Assembly: GCA_951406725.2 (NCBI GenBank) | Contig: OX597814.1 | Location: 119,908,001 to 119,972,000 of the forward strand | Direction: 5' to 3' | DNA: 64,000 bases | Source: Octopus vulgaris | Lineage: Eukaryota | Shown: positions 1 through 16,380 of the stretch, one piece after another | How positions within the stretch are numbered: the stretch's first letter is position 1 | Layout of the letters: every line of letters starts with the position of its first letter | Notes under the pieces: generated by a model | Databases searched by the model: none | What the model was told of the DNA's origin: nothing | Seen by the model: the letters and a program-made list of their open reading frames with translations, nothing else | Position numbers and translations under genes: made by a program

Positions 1-2076
<2,076 letters not shown>

Positions 2077-2119
2077 GTTTTGCAAGATTCGTGATGTGAA
2101 TTCGTTTGTTGAAACAGAT

Positions 2120-2352
2120 AGTGTTGTATTTGAGGATGGTCATGTTCCCAGTTTAGCCAACAAAAACACACGGTATATTAGGTGTTCTCTTGCTTTAGCT
2201 TTATTTTATATTAATTGTATTTCGGCTAGAGTTCTTTCGTCACACTACTGAGACCTCATCAGTGGTTCTTTGCTTTCTTCTTTCTTTTTTGTGTGTCTCT
2301 CCTTACTAATGATCTGCCATTTTGTATATCCCTGTGTGCGTCTATGTTTATT
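2120..2352 (-). mobile_element. Solo terminal (pLTR-like) fragment of the PLE family seen at 62899-64000
   Basis: Colinear similarity with 62899-63177 (ggtcat..ccagtttagccaa.aaaaacacacg ... tgtgcgtctatgtttatt); contains an HHR motif. Confidence 0.8.
2224..2267 (-). ncRNA. Type I hammerhead motif (degenerate stems)
   Basis: Minus strand: acca-CTGATGA-g-gtc tcagtagtgt gac-GAAA-gaac-TC-tagcc. Confidence 0.7.
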
Positions 2353-2361
2353 GCAGTACCG

Positions 2362-4420
2362 TGTCCTTATTTTAGATGGGGATGTTGCAGTGCCGTCCAG
2401 GTCGAGGATTGGTATAGCTGTCAATTCCAAAATTGGGAGTTAAACACTCCAAGATCTTCCAAATATATATCCCCGTATATCTCTCCTGTCTTCTCTGCAG
2501 GGAATAGAAACTGTGCTCCTTTAGCTTCTTCCAATAGCCCATCCTTTGCATCGAGTCAATCGTCTTTGTGTATTGGCGCTGGATTGCTTGAGTTCCACAG
2601 TTTGTTTCACACTCTCTTGGGGCCATAGTTGGGAGCAGTAGTCCAAGCAGCTGAGAACGAAGGCTTCCATAGGAGTAGCAGGGCCTCTGTTTTCCTGGTT
2701 CTGAATGTCCTCAGAATGAATCCAGGCACTCGCCTGCAGAGTGTTGCCATCTTGATAATATGCACATGAAATGTTGGCTTATTGCTCATGGGAACACCCA
2801 TGTCACACACCGACTCTGACTCTAGGATCGTATTACCTTCTGATCCAATGCCTGTCGATTGTAGCCTGATGTTGGACCAATAGTAGAGTGCCTGAAATTT
2901 CACAGTACTGAACTGCATGTTATTTTTGTTAGCCCATTTGTAGATTTCGTTCAGGTCTCTCTGAAGCTTTATAATGTCCTCTGAGTTCCTAAATGCCTGC
3001 GATACTTTTGTGTCGTCAGCATAACTGGTCAGATTGGCTGACTTTACCGCTGAGGGCATGTCTGGGAGAGCCACCACATATAGTAGTGGCCCCAATAATT
3101 ATCTGTGGGACACCACTGGGAATTGGTGCCTCTTCAGATTAGCACCATTGGCTAGAACTCTCTGACTCCTGTCGTTCAGAAAATCCATGCAACCACTAAC
3201 CCAGTTGCCCGGTAATACCTAGGTTTCGCAGCTTGTGACATATCATGCCATGATCAATCTTGTCAAGGTATATTATGTCTACAGCTGGCTGGTTTAGTTG
3301 TTGCTTCAGTGCCCAGTCAAAATGTTGTAGCAAATGTGTGAGACAGCTCATCCCTGGACGAAAGCCATGTTGCGTGATTGTGAGAAGGTGGTTTTCTTTT
3401 CGGAACGTGATCAGCCTTTTTCTGACAATGCGTTCCATTGTCTTCCTAACATGTGAGGTCAGAGAGATGGTCCTGTAGTTTCTAGTGCTCCGCTCCCTCC
3501 TTTATGAACGAGGCATATTATACCCTCTTTTAGCATGTTGGGAAGTTTACCACATGCAAGGAAACACTAAAAGAGTTTTTGCAGTGGCTTTGCAAGAGCC
3601 TTTTTACATGTCTTTAAGAGAACAGCGGGTGTCCCTCTGGGCCTGTTGCTGAAATCGATCTCATTGGTCATCAATGGCCAATATTGCATTCTCTTCAGTT
3701 ATGTTTATGTAATCGATGGTTGCCAATTTTCCAAATAGATTCGTTTCATTGAAAAACTCCATCGGCTTGGTTATTTGCATATTTTCAAGTGGAGAAGTGA
3801 AAACACTTCGGAATTGTATATTTAGTGCTTCGCTTATCTTCCCCGGGTGTGAAGTTACTGAGCCGTTTTTACCCAATAGTGGCCCCGTCTAATAGGGTAC
3901 TGAGGCAGACTCTTTTGCCAACGTGTAGAAAGCTTTATGATTTCTTTTCGACTGCCCGGGTTTGTCTTCTTTCTCTTTCTTTGTCATGGGAGATTTTGAG
4001 TTCATTTTCTGTCTCAAAGAATTCCTCTGTCAGGTGAGATTTCACACTCTCATTAAGGTGTTTGTTTAAGCGATTTGAGATCTCTATTCTCCGCTGCATG
4101 AGTATTTTCCTGTTTTTTTGTGCATATTGGCTGTCTTCTCTGAGACATATGTACATCAAATGGCTAGCATTATTGACATAAATTTATTAAATTTCATATC
4201 TCTGTCTTGCATAAAGAGGATTTTATGCCAGACCTGCTGGAGTATCTGATTTTCAAGTGACCTCCAGCCAGCCTTATAGAAATTTAGGCTGGAAAGCGTT
4301 CGAGCTCCATCTGTGCGGGGTTTATATTTAGTTCATTCCGAGCCATACATTGTCAATTCCATCATGTTATGCTCTGAGAATATTGTCGGTGATATATTCA
4401 CATTGTCGATTAAGTTGCGT
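2362..4420 (-). mobile_element. CR1-group LINE ORF2 remnant (endonuclease end and RT), many stops/frameshifts
   Basis: ORF pieces QHGFRPGMSCLTHLL, GPLLYVVAL..SYADDTKV, RYTGIYIWKILE and PTIFSEHNMMELT; homologous to 49000-50717. Confidence 0.9.
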
Positions 4421-4635
4421 CGTTGTTCATGTGGAATCCCTGGTCCATTACCGACTCGAACTCTGGGATTACATTGTCCACTGGTTCCGTGTACTTCAGT
4501 TGTAGTTGTTTGTTGGCTGATAGCGGAGTGCTTGAAACTGTGCGGCATTGAACTGCATATCACTCTCATCTGCTCATATATATTCTGTTCTGGTCGTTCT
4601 TCAGTTTTAGGATGTCAGTAAGATCCTTCACCGCC

Positions 4636-5562
4636 TACGATACTTTTGTATCGTCGGCGTAGCTGGTGAGTGTAGCTGACACAGTAACTGAGAGAGCAAC
4701 CGCAAACAGTAGTAGTCTCAGCACTGTTCCCTGAGTGACTCCATTGACGATTAGTGTCACTTTAGAAAGAGCACCATTTACTGTGACAGTCTGAATTCTG
4801 CCTTTCAGGAAATCCTGCATCCACTCTCACAGACTACCAGCGATACCGACATTACACAATTTATGACATATCATGCCATGATCGACTTTGTCAGAGGCCT
4901 TGGCAAAGTCGAGATATAATCACATCCATATTTGAATGGCTGAACTGTTTTTTTAGTACCCGGTGGAGGTGCTGTAGTAGATGTGTTAGGTAGCCCCTTC
5001 CAGGACGGAAATCCTGTTGCGTTTCTGTAAGCAAGTCATTTTCCTCTAGGAAAGTGGTCATTCTTTTTGTGACAATGCGTTCCTTGATCTTGCTAACATG
5101 TGAGGGCAGAGAAATAGGTCTGTAGTTTATGGCATCTGCTCTGCTTCCTCCTATGTAGAGACGGTATATTGATCCTTCTTTGAACATTTGTGAAAATATA
5201 TCGCATTCAAGGGAACTCTGTAAAAACATTTGCAGTGGTTTTGCGAGAGCTTTCTTACATGTTTTAAACAAAATTGCTGGAAGTCCATCTGGGCCTGTTA
5301 CAGAGTTTGAGCTTATCTCGTTAATCGCCGACAAATCATCCTATGCCAATGTAATCGATGGTCACGTACTTTTGTTGAAGTTTGGAGGTGTTGATGTACA
5401 CATCAGACCTGGTTATTTTTATATTTTCCAGTGGAGTGGTGAATGCACTTTAAATTGTTGATGTACACATCAGATCCTCTCGGGATCTGCAATCAGTGAG
5501 CACTTTTCATGAAACAGCGGCCCTATTCTGCAGCGCACTGAGGCAAACCTTTTTGCATATTA
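4636..5562 (-). mobile_element. Second CR1-group LINE RT fragment
   Basis: GPDGLPAILFK, NYRPISLPSHVSK, GVTQGTVL, SYADDTKVS. Confidence 0.9.
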
Positions 5563-6521
5563 CATATTACGTTTTAAAAATTAAAAATTTACAATGACTA
5601 TGTGGATTTCACTGGTATCCTTATATACATACATACATACACACACGCACACATAATTATATATGCATGCATAGAAGCACATATACATATATCAATAAAT
5701 CTACATCTATGCAGTTATTCAGCGGTCTAGCCATCTATGCAGATAAGTGAAGTAACAACATTCGCACTAAATTGTAAGTGATTTCTTTCAGTTGCTATGA
5801 AATCTAGTTTAAATCAATGCTATACCGATTATTCAGACATTGTCTCTTTAGTCCTACATGTTAGATCTATTTTTAAAGCGTTGCTGCACGATTTAAGAGA
5901 CATGTGCCTACGCATTTTATCAGGTCGACTCTTACAGAAGCAGTTTATTTAGTGAAACCTTCCGTTTGTTTTGCTGAATTAATGCATATGAATATGCAAG
6001 TACGTTAAGAACATGCACCCTTTGATACACAAACGCATATGCACACATTGACAGTCACAAGCAATCAAACACGATAATACATGACGCTATTTCATTCTTA
6101 CTCCTTCGACTCTCTCTTTTTCTCTCTCATTCAGTTTATGTATATATATATATATGTATACACAAAATATAGCTCACAGGTGATCTAAACTATTAAGTAC
6201 GCTAGGTAAGTACTGTAACGGATTACCTCTCTTATTCAATATTCTTTCTTTTAACCACTCAATAGCAACCTCCGCTACTATTCTGTTAATGAATGTTGAT
6301 ATATTCGCATCTTTATTCTGGATGTTTACAATATCAGGTCTTTAAACCTGATTGGCGTAGGATTGCACCTAAGGACTAATGACTTACTTCTACAAGATCG
6401 GAAAGTTGAACTATGCATTTTTATGCTTCCTTTTCGTCTCTTTCTTCATCTCCGTATTCCTTTACTCCTGTTCTCTATGTCGTCATATCATTCATTTATA
6501 CACTTCTCATTTTCCCTATTT

Positions 6522-6577
6522 GTCTTTGATGACGAAATATCCCATGCTCCAGGATATCCCAGAAACAGCCGTGAGAC
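6522..6577 (+). ncRNA. Degenerate type I hammerhead motif in PLE-like terminal repeat (~6190-6660)
   Basis: gtct-TTGATGA-c.aaatatcc..ggatatccc.a-GAAA-cagccg-TG-agac. Stem I gtct/agac; same family as 26678 and 35462. Confidence 0.6.
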
Positions 6578-6685
6578 TGAATTTCTTCCAATAATAATAA
6601 TGTATGATTTGAGAGATTTGCCTTGCCTTAACGTTTCTTGTCCTCTTTAACAATTATACACGCACACATAAACACATATATATGA

Positions 6686-7097
6686 AGCAAGCTTGCTTCA
6701 GAACCCCATGGTTACGGTTTCAGTACCCCTCTGTGGCACTTTGGGCTAGTATCGACCAAAACCTTGTGGGTGGATTTGGTAGAAGGAAAGTGAAAAAAAC
6801 CCATCGTGCATATGTGTGTGTGCACGCGCGTGTGTGTATATCTGTGTGTGTTTTCTGGTTGTGTGTGTATATCTGTGTGTTTTGTGTCTGTGTCTCTCAT
6901 CCCATCACTACTGGGTAGCCCGTGCTGGTGTGTTTGCGTTCGCGTAACTTAGCGGTTCGGCAAAAGTGACGGATAGAATAAGTACTAGGCTTAGAAAATA
7001 AATTAAGTCCTGGCGTCGATTTTTTCGATTAAAACCCATCAAGGCGGTGCACCAGCATGGCCACAGTAAAATGACAGAAACAAAAGTATATAAGAGT
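6686..7097 (+). mobile_element. tRNA-derived SINE family A (internal TG/TA microsatellite)
   Basis: Matches 17857-18292 (ggatttggtaga..., gtaacttagcggttcggcaaaag, ggcggtgc.ccagcatggccacag). Confidence 0.85.
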
Positions 7098-7552
7098 ATA
7101 TATATGTATATATGTGTGTCTGTGTGTATAAATATACATTCATACGTACGCACATATATGCATTTATATAAGCTAAAACAAACACACATACCCACAGAAG
7201 CAACAATTCGTATACACACTTTTTCATTCTTATACACACGCTTATACAATTCCCAACACTCTTATCAATAAAGTAATGAAAAGAAAACATATTATTGCCC
7301 CGAGTGTTATTTTTATTTCCATTCTACTATTACTTCTAACACAAGTACAAATTGATATCGACGCCGGCCGGGCAATTTCAGAAATAAACTGTTTTGTAAA
7401 TCTAAAACTCATACTAACGCGATTTGGAAATTCCGAAAATATTTCCTGTTTTGCAAGCGTTACGGCCATTTAAGTTATTTCAACTTGTGAACATATTTTC
7501 CTCATTTATCTATTTATTCATTTATTTATTCTATATTTATGCACACATCTTA

Positions 7553-7682
7553 GTTATTATTATCATTATTATTATTATTATCATCATCATCATCATCATC
7601 ATTATTATTAACATTATAATAATTGTAGTTGTTACACTGTTATTATTATTGTTATAATGTTATTATTTTTATTATTGTCATC

Positions 7683-7750
<68 letters not shown>

Positions 7751-7752
7751 TC
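7553..7752. repeat. (ATT)n/(ATC)n trinucleotide repeat
   Basis: Seen directly. Confidence 0.95.
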
Positions 7753-8357
7753 ATTGTTATTGCCTGTCTGGAGATAAAGTATCTCACCATTTTATTTTAT
7801 TGAATTCAAATCTGATACATCAATTTAACACTTTTTAATGTTGAGGTGATTGCAATGCGAAATAACACTCTGCTCTAAAAATATTATATCGTTCTGCTAT
7901 AAAAGATATGCACGTGATAAACTATCTTCTTTCAAACATCTTAATATTTACATTAATATAATTGTGTACATTTAATTCTGAATATATATGACATGGTTTT
8001 CAAAGTCATGTGCAATATACCTACATTTCCCATGGAATTTATACGCCAAATTTGACTGTGAGAAAGTGATACATTCTAGAATTGACATTAAATTAGAGTA
8101 AATTAAATTAGGCCTTAGGTGTATTGTGTACCGTCGAGTTCAAATGACTTATCGATTATTATAAAATCTGTTAGAGGAATTTTGCTCATATATTTTTACT
8201 GGTTGTCTTCGTTATCTTCGACGCCAAACGAAGATCTGATACTAGAATTTATTTTAGGGAAGCGTTGAACCTGGCTCTCCATTTGAAGCGCGTTTTAGAG
8301 TTACAAAAATGACAACATCAAGCAACAACAAAACATCAAAAGGAACGATGCCAGTTT

Positions 8358-8597
8358 CCGAGTGGTGCTGAAAGGTCCGTGGCTTTGGGTAAAAGAACAT
8401 ACAAGAGGATCAGGTAAGTACGATTATACTCATCATACACTCAAATTCACACACTTATTGCAGCGGGCCTTCAGTTTTTCTAAGCTTTGTAAATAAAATA
8501 AGAAACAAAAAAATAAAAATAAAATCAGAAGATTTGCCCTCCAACCAGGCCCTTCGTGATAACCTTATAGCTAGGAAATTTTCAATGCCCCCTTGTA
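8358..8597. mobile_element. Mariner-type MITE
   Basis: Degenerate TIRs: cgagtggtgctgaaaggtccgtggct on the left versus reverse complement caagggggcattgaaaatttcctagct on the right; ends at TA. Confidence 0.6.
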
Positions 8598-11500
8598 TAA
8601 TTTGGTGCTTTCGATTTATAGAAGCTAAATTTCTTCAATGTTTATATCTTTTGGAGATATTATATATAGTTCCTCTAGTGAAGAAAGGAATATTTTTCAA
8701 TATTTTTAAGGCAATGCTTTTTGCTGTACCAATAATAGAAGCTATTGGGATGGACGAATGGCTTCGGTTTCAATATGTCATGAATAAGCATGATATATGT
8801 TCTAAAAGATCATAATATAAACGATTTTGTCAGCGAAAACAATTGATAAGTCGTTAAGCTTGAAAAGCTGAAGTAGATCGAAATTTCTTATAATGAAAGA
8901 GGCTCAGTAAAGTTGTTTTACGCGCAATATTGTTTAAGGGATTATTTTATAATGTTCCATAAAACTACACACTTGTTCGTTAACCGCAATCACACGCAAA
9001 ATACCGCATACATACCTATTACCCTACATGTATGTTAGTGTGTCTGCATAACATTGCCAATTTGTGCGCAAGTTGCCGCATTTATTCTTTTTAAGGTGAT
9101 TATTTTGCAGTATGTTCTTACAAATATTTAGCAAGAATAAATTATTCTACAGTATAGTGTGATTTTCGTTAAAAATATTCTGGTCAAATGTAAAGATAAA
9201 TGTGTCATTGTGTAGATATTTATGCAATGAAACGTTCCATCAAAGTGGCTATGTAAGTCAAAACCTATCAGGCATAACATAAATCAAATCTGAAGCAGAT
9301 AAAAGGATTTTAACAACACTGCTCTTAGTGAAAGATGGGAATTCTTTATCCGATATAGGAATATTTTGTTCAAGCGCTTTACTGAGAATTTGAAAAACCA
9401 GATCGTGATATCAAACACGAAAAGAAAAGTAACTTCCATTAAAAGAGAAAAAAATGTTCAAATCTGAGATCAAAACAAATACTTGCAGAATTCTAAATAA
9501 ATAAGGAAATCTAAGATCAATTTTCCCGAAAAGAAAGAAGCTAAGGCTATGAAAGAGCCAACGTAGTGAAATAAATACTACACGAGTTGCATTATTTATA
9601 TTTCTCTCGGGATATAAACGAACATGTTACTTTAAAGAATCATGATATTTGGTTGGAATATGTACGATTTAATGGATGTTTGTAATCGGAATAGCTTAAT
9701 GTTTTAGAGGATACAAAAGTCAAAAGGAAACATTGATTGTATCGCTATGTTCATATGTGGCCTTGTCAACTATTTCAAACACCTAAAATGTTTAAGCGGA
9801 AAATACAAACTACCTGCCCATGTTATAATAAATGTACGGCATCAAATTATAAAATGTATCTATTCATTGTTGATTGCTGTAAAAATAGAGCACATTTTCA
9901 CTCTTTATTCAGTTGCAACTCTATCAACCACTCCAGCTGTAGATTTCAGTGATATATTACCTATGCTAATATGTTTATCGCTAAGTTTGAATATATACAA
10001 ACATCAAATGATCCTTTCATGTGGTCAAAAATTATTGTTAGGTATTTAAAATCTAAATTTAAGTAAAAACTATGTCACATATTATGGGTCTCACCTAGCA
10101 ACGTTGACATATATGTTCGAATAATGAAAGGAAAAAAGAAAGCATATGTATCGATACATTAAATCCTATGTACTTGACTATATAGTTCATAGAAAACTGT
10201 ATCATATAGCTGTTATACAGCATTAATATGAAACATCACATGAAGAAGGTTGCCCCTTAAAATAAATAATTATTCCCACCCATCTAGTGTGTCACTTTAC
10301 ATGATTTAACGCACGTGTCTTTGCCATAAGCAGAGTAAAACGGATTCAATTCCGACAAAATATGCACAAAATTATCCATCGTATTTTTGCTAAAATAATA
10401 TGGTATGGATGAAGGGATATTAGGCTGTTACTGTCAGAAAGCCAAGTACCAGATAAAGAACTCATCGCATGTTCTTAGCATTACGTTTTCAAAGTCTGAC
10501 CGATTGGTGACAATTCACTATACGTTAGGCCGCCAGTAAAATAAATATCAATGATTGTATACAGGAAATGCACGTTGTTCAATTCGGTTTGATAGTAGCA
10601 TATAGCTAAGCCGCATCTGTTCAACAGAAAAAAAAGCAACAACACTTATATAATAGAAAATATTCTATGAATATTTATAAATAACAGAAATGTTGTGTTA
10701 TGCACAAACAAGAGGTATTTCGTTAATTCTCATTCTTGCCAAGAAATTATTAACTGTATTTTTACAGGTTGTGTTAAATGTTATATTACTGAATGGCAAT
10801 TTAAAGTTATTTTTAGTGAGCTTCGCCTGTGATCTCTCCACATTGTTATGTTGCTTTTCGAAGAAATTCCAATAACGTAATAGAAATCATTGCCTCTTAG
10901 CCATACACATCTTAATGGTTAAGACTCTGTCGGTGGATATTGTCTTCAAACCTGTACTGTATTCAGCAATATTTCGTTTTAAAAATATTAAAATTATTGA
11001 CTGAGATAAAAAAAGTAATATCTTTATTTTTAAAATTATAATTATTGTGTTTGTAACATGATAATTATAATTTAATACACCTCCAGTTTAACGTTCACTT
11101 TCTCATGTTTCAGCAATATCGTCACTTTAGAGTGCAGCGAATTTTTTTGGAAGTTCCATCAGTTTTACCACGTTATATTCTTTGTTAGTTTTAATAGATT
11201 GCATAGTTGTCGAGTGAAAAATGTAATGCGGCATGTTGAATTACTATGGTATCCTGTGGTGATTATCCCGGGTACATGCGGGTTTAGTAATAATGAGTCA
11301 ATTTTTTTGTTACAAATTGATATTTTTATAGCACAGTATTCATTACAGAAATGACACAACAGTTTCTTTACAATAACCGATAAAAATGAAACGATAGTGC
11401 TTTACAATCGTGCTACGAAACATACATCTTGGCTTGTTCCAAACTGATTTTATTATTTTATTAGTTGTTGATTTTATTAAAGGTCATAGTTTATCTTCAT

Positions 11501-12754
11501 GGTTTTCCTTTGTCTATTTCCACCCTCATTTGATTTCTCATGTATTCGACCGCTACGGGATTTTCTTCTCATCGTTTTATCTTCACATTCTGTGACCTCC
11601 CACTTTTATCTTAGTTTTAATTTGTTTAGAATATTTCCTTCTTTCTCTCTCTCTCTCTCTCTCTCTTCCTAATTGCTTGTTGTTATTTTGGCCGCTATTT
11701 TGTATTTCTTCAGAGAATTCTTTGCCTTTAATTCATATATTATTATTTTAGTAAATAACGGTGTAGACACAAAGTCGATATTTCATAACAGTTTCTATTT
11801 ACAAAAATACATCGCCTCAAAGAGTTCATGGTCAATTTGTTGTGTGAAATTCGTGTGGTATATTGCAAAATGCATCCCATTTTCTTTGCTTTAACGTATA
11901 GTTTGGATAATACACACACTCCCACGCACGCACTTGCACACACACACATACACACTCACATACACATTTATATACATATAATTCGGATATAGATAGCATA
12001 TTTATCATATAGTGATTAATACACCACGCGAAGTCATTGGCAGGCAAAAAGACCACCCACTGGTATCCGGAGACCATTGTGGTGATACTAATTGGTACAG
12101 ATTTATTAAGAAGACAAAGAATCCAGCAGCCTCAGAAGCAATATCAGCATACAAAGAATATTAGAGACAAGAGGAGTTACGTCAAAATGATTTGAAAAAA
12201 TGATGAGTTTTAATCCAGCTTAATAAGGATTAACAAAAAGAACTAAAATATTCTGGAGATGTTTGCAATGTTGAAGAATAAATTTCTTTTAGAGTAAGAA
12301 AGCAGTAATAAGATACTGCTACTGATTTTCCATGAAAAAATAGGATTTCTGCGAGAGAGAAAGAGAGAGAGTGTGTATTTATCGAAATGAAGTTTAAGCG
12401 GCTGAGCATTCCACTGACACGTGTACCTCTTCAAATGGCTCTCATATGGCATGAATGGGCCGGACCTACTAGAATACCAATAGACTTCATACGGCGGTCG
12501 TCGACATATTTTCCATCTGCCAAATTCATGTGCAGGATATGAGTCGTTTCAAGGCTATAGTAAATGTTATGTAGGCAAGAGCCAGCCGGTTTTGGCCAAA
12601 TATGGAACTACTTGATTATTCGACCACACTATGTTCACATACATACATTCATATACATGGACATGCATAAGCGAAAGCACAATGATATACAAAGACGCAC
12701 GTACGCACACCATCACACTGACACAAACACACACAAACGCACAGAGACACATAG

Positions 12755-12795
<41 letters not shown>

Positions 12796-12957
12796 GTTGT
12801 GTTTTAAGTCTACCTTCGTTTTCATGTTAAGATATTAAGATATTTTCTTAACACGAAACAAATGGCAGTCTTAGTACAAAAAGAATTTTTATGCACCTAT
12901 GAATTATATTGTTGATCATTCTCCCAGTTCGACACACACACACACACACACACACAC

Positions 12958-13000
<43 letters not shown>

Positions 13001-13469
13001 TTTAATGGGTGGGGTACATTTTGCCGGTAAGATTCTTAATTTAAATGTGTTGTCTTGATTAAACTAAAACAAAATTGATAGCGACGCTGAATGAAAAATA
13101 TGGATAACACTTTGAGAAATGAAGAATAGCTCAAACCGAATTTACACTTAGAGACAAAGGATTATCTGTTGTGTGCTTGAATAAAGGAACAACGGTGGTA
13201 ATGATCGTAATTATTAGAACACATCAGCACAGAAGTGAAAAGTCGAACTTAGCCTGGAGATGTTTCAGTAGTCTTATATATAATGAAATCATTACAAGAA
13301 TTTCAATCAATATAATTCAATTTAATTTTGGAAGAAATCTATTTAAGGACGATACTAATAGATAATTTTAATTTCGTTACCTAGAGGAAGCTAACATTAC
13401 CCTTATGATATAAGCTTGATACACAACACATTTGAAAGAAGGAATTCTAACAGAAGTTTACTTGAATCA

Positions 13470-15700
13470 TTAAAAGATTGCATCAAAAATAATTAGACTT
13501 TTTGTGAGGTTTGTAGATCTTATTAATAGATCTATTTTTGCCGCAACATGCGAGCATGCAACTAATAGATGTCTATGCAATAAACAAGATTTTGTCATTT
13601 GTACTCCAAAAGTTCTGAAGAACTGTCTGTGAGAGCACTTCATGGTTATAGAAAGAGACAATGGGTATTGAAGTGTTTTGAAGTCAGATATATTTGATGA
13701 GCTGCCGGAAATTAGATGTATCAAAACATCTCTCCACGCGTACTCTTTTATAATTTTGATGTCCATCAAATGGGACATAGGTATTTTGACAGCTAACCTT
13801 CTATAGTTACAGACTTTGCGTACATCAAGAGTTTGTATCAATGTAGGTGGCGTTCCTATTTTCAACGGAAATATGCAAAGGACGGCAATTCGTTGAAAGA
13901 AAATTGAGAAAATCTGCTGATTAGTTGGTAGCATAATTAACATCAGTAAATACATAAAATAACTTGTATCATCTCGATCGGGTGGTATATGTTAAATGAT
14001 GGTTATATTAATAATCTTTGCATGCCAATTCGTCTTGAGGAAAGCCATATAATTATCAAGTTCAGAAAGCCATTGATGATATGTGAAAGTCTCGGGTAGG
14101 TATTCCGTAGCAGTTAAGCAGTTGTATTTATCATTATTTTTCATACTTGGTCTGATCAATAAGTATCCGGACTGTTGCTATAGTAACGAAGCTAAAACGC
14201 GGTGAGTAAAGGTGCTTGGCAAAGAATGACCTTAAACACAGTTGTGCAAGCGCACTAAGTCTTAACGTTCTAGCTTACCTTCGCAGATTACAGCATTGCT
14301 TGGAAGGAAGGCGTGTAGAGTGTGATTGTCGTATTGACAATGGCAGAGAAATTTGAGCAGATAATCTACATCAAATTTTGCCAAAAGCTTTGGTGATATC
14401 TACTCAGAGTCCAACACTAACTTTTTAAACTGTTTCCATCGTTCTCGACACAATAAAGGAGCACAATAAAGGAGATCTTGAGCAACTGAAATCCGAGTGT
14501 CTTTTTGGTCATCGGAAAGAAGCTTTGACACACACTTGGCAGACACGCGTCTCTTACCCAAATTTTCAGTGTGATAATGGACTGAACTGAACCGTAACTA
14601 ATTTGTTTGCACATACTCTGATAACACACGGATGGTGATTTGATGATTTCTCCTCACAGCTGCATGCATATCTGCGATGTTTTTCTCAGTTCTGCTGATT
14701 GGGGTCTCCGAGAACGTTCGTCAATATCGACATTTTTCTGAACCACTCGTACACTTGTGCATATCTCATACACTCCTATCCATACTCTTTCTGCAACATT
14801 GCGTAGGCCTATGAGACGGTATGATCACTTTCTCTGTCATAGTAAATGCGACAATAACACGCTACACACATTCATTCCAAGCACTGTTGTAAATAGCAGA
14901 TGTGAGCTAGAACGTTAAAACTTAGTGCGCATACACAGCAGAGCTCAAGGTCAATCAGTGCCTAGCGGCTTTGACTTTACGTGCTTCCGCTTCATTACTA
15001 TGAAAACAGTCCTAATGCTTATTGATCAGACCTTGTATTTATTCATATATGTATTAATATCTCCACATTTAGTGCCCATTGGCATCCGTTCATTACCCAC
15101 AACTACAGTAAACTGATCTACATAAACAATTCATTGAGTGCTACTGTCATAAAACCAGAAAGATGAAATTCTTGCTCTTCTTTCCAAACGTAGGTTTCTT
15201 TAAGGTTTCCTTTCAAGTTGCTTGCAATTACTCTTTGTGATGACTATCACAGTTTGCTAATAACCATTCGAGAACAGAAAGCAAAAGCCAGACTCGTCTT
15301 AAAATGTTAATTCTACATTTCTAGATCTTGTAAGATATAATCTGAAGCTTCAAATGTCTGTCTATAAAATGCACTCATGTGATATGTCTATCTCAGCCTA
15401 TTACATAACTTCCGATGATCGAGATCAATTGTCAATACTGAATTTGGCAATGCTTTTGTGCAACGTTAAGTTGAGGCCATTTGGTCAATTGAATCACATT
15501 TAGAAAATAAAACAACAATAACAACAACAGTATACTTGACTGAGCAAAATGTTGAGCCACAATAAGGTTGATTAATATAGATTTGTTGCATATGTTAGAA
15601 ACTTCGAGAATACTATCCTTCTTCAAGCAAAAATCATCAGTAAACTCTCGATTGAGAATTGCAGCTCCAAATACATTAGCATCTGAAGTTCACGATGTCA
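13470..15700 (-). pseudogene. Very old L1/Tx1-like ORF2 relic, interrupted by the mariner fold-back
   Basis: Minus-strand pieces in the expected order: REFTDDFCL..DSILE (ADD-like RT motif), DNYMAFLKTNW, KSCLL.HLLVACSH (zf-RVT-like). Weak similarity judged by eye. Confidence 0.4.
14125..15037. mobile_element. Mariner-derived fold-back element built from two 5' ends
   Basis: TIRs ggtctgatcaataag at both ends with TA flanks. Both arms carry the 5'UTR and transposase start (left arm MAEKFEQIIYIKFCQKL); the right arm continues into mariner N-terminal sequence on the minus strand. Confidence 0.8.
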
Positions 15701-15716
15701 AGAGTAATGTGTCAAC

Positions 15717-16204
15717 TATCTCTTTACTTGTTTCAGTCATTTGACAGCTGCCATGCGGGTGCAAATCGACTTCAGGACTTTATTCTTTGGAAGCCTAGTA
15801 CTTATTCTATCGGAGTCTTTTGCCGAAACGCTAGGTTACGGGGACGTAAACACAGACACAAACATATACACACACATACATTCGTAATTATATATATATA
15901 TATGTATATATATGTATGTATATATATATGTGTATATATATATACATACATATACATATATATATATACATACATGTATATATACACATATATATATATG
16001 TATATATATATATATACATGTATATATATATATATGTACATATATACGACAGGCTTCTTTCAGTTTCCGTCTACCAAATCCACTCACAAGGCTTTGGTCG
16101 GCCCGAGGCTAATGTAGAAGACACCTGCCCAAGGTGCCACTCAGTGGGACTGAAGCCGGAACCATGTGGTTGGTAACCGAGCTACTTACCGCACAGCCAC
16201 TCTT
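15717..16204 (-). mobile_element. SINE family A
   Basis: Reverse complement of 17857-18292 with an expanded internal TA tract. Confidence 0.9.
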
Positions 16205-16380
16205 CAGTGCCAGAATTTGGAGAGGAGAGGATATATCTGTACATGGAAAAAGCTAATTGTAGTGGTGCATGCGTTACACGACATTTGTCTAATAGAGCAT
16301 GTGTCCAGTTTGTCACAACATGATATCAGTTTGGATGGGCATGCCCGGGCTTACTTTCTCGTAATTTACTACACAATAAC

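Noticed and set aside
8250-8419. Apparent exon (ttattttag ... CAG|GTAAGT)
   Set aside because: All three frames contain stops and the donor-like site lies inside a mariner-type MITE; a non-coding exon cannot be excluded without RNA data.
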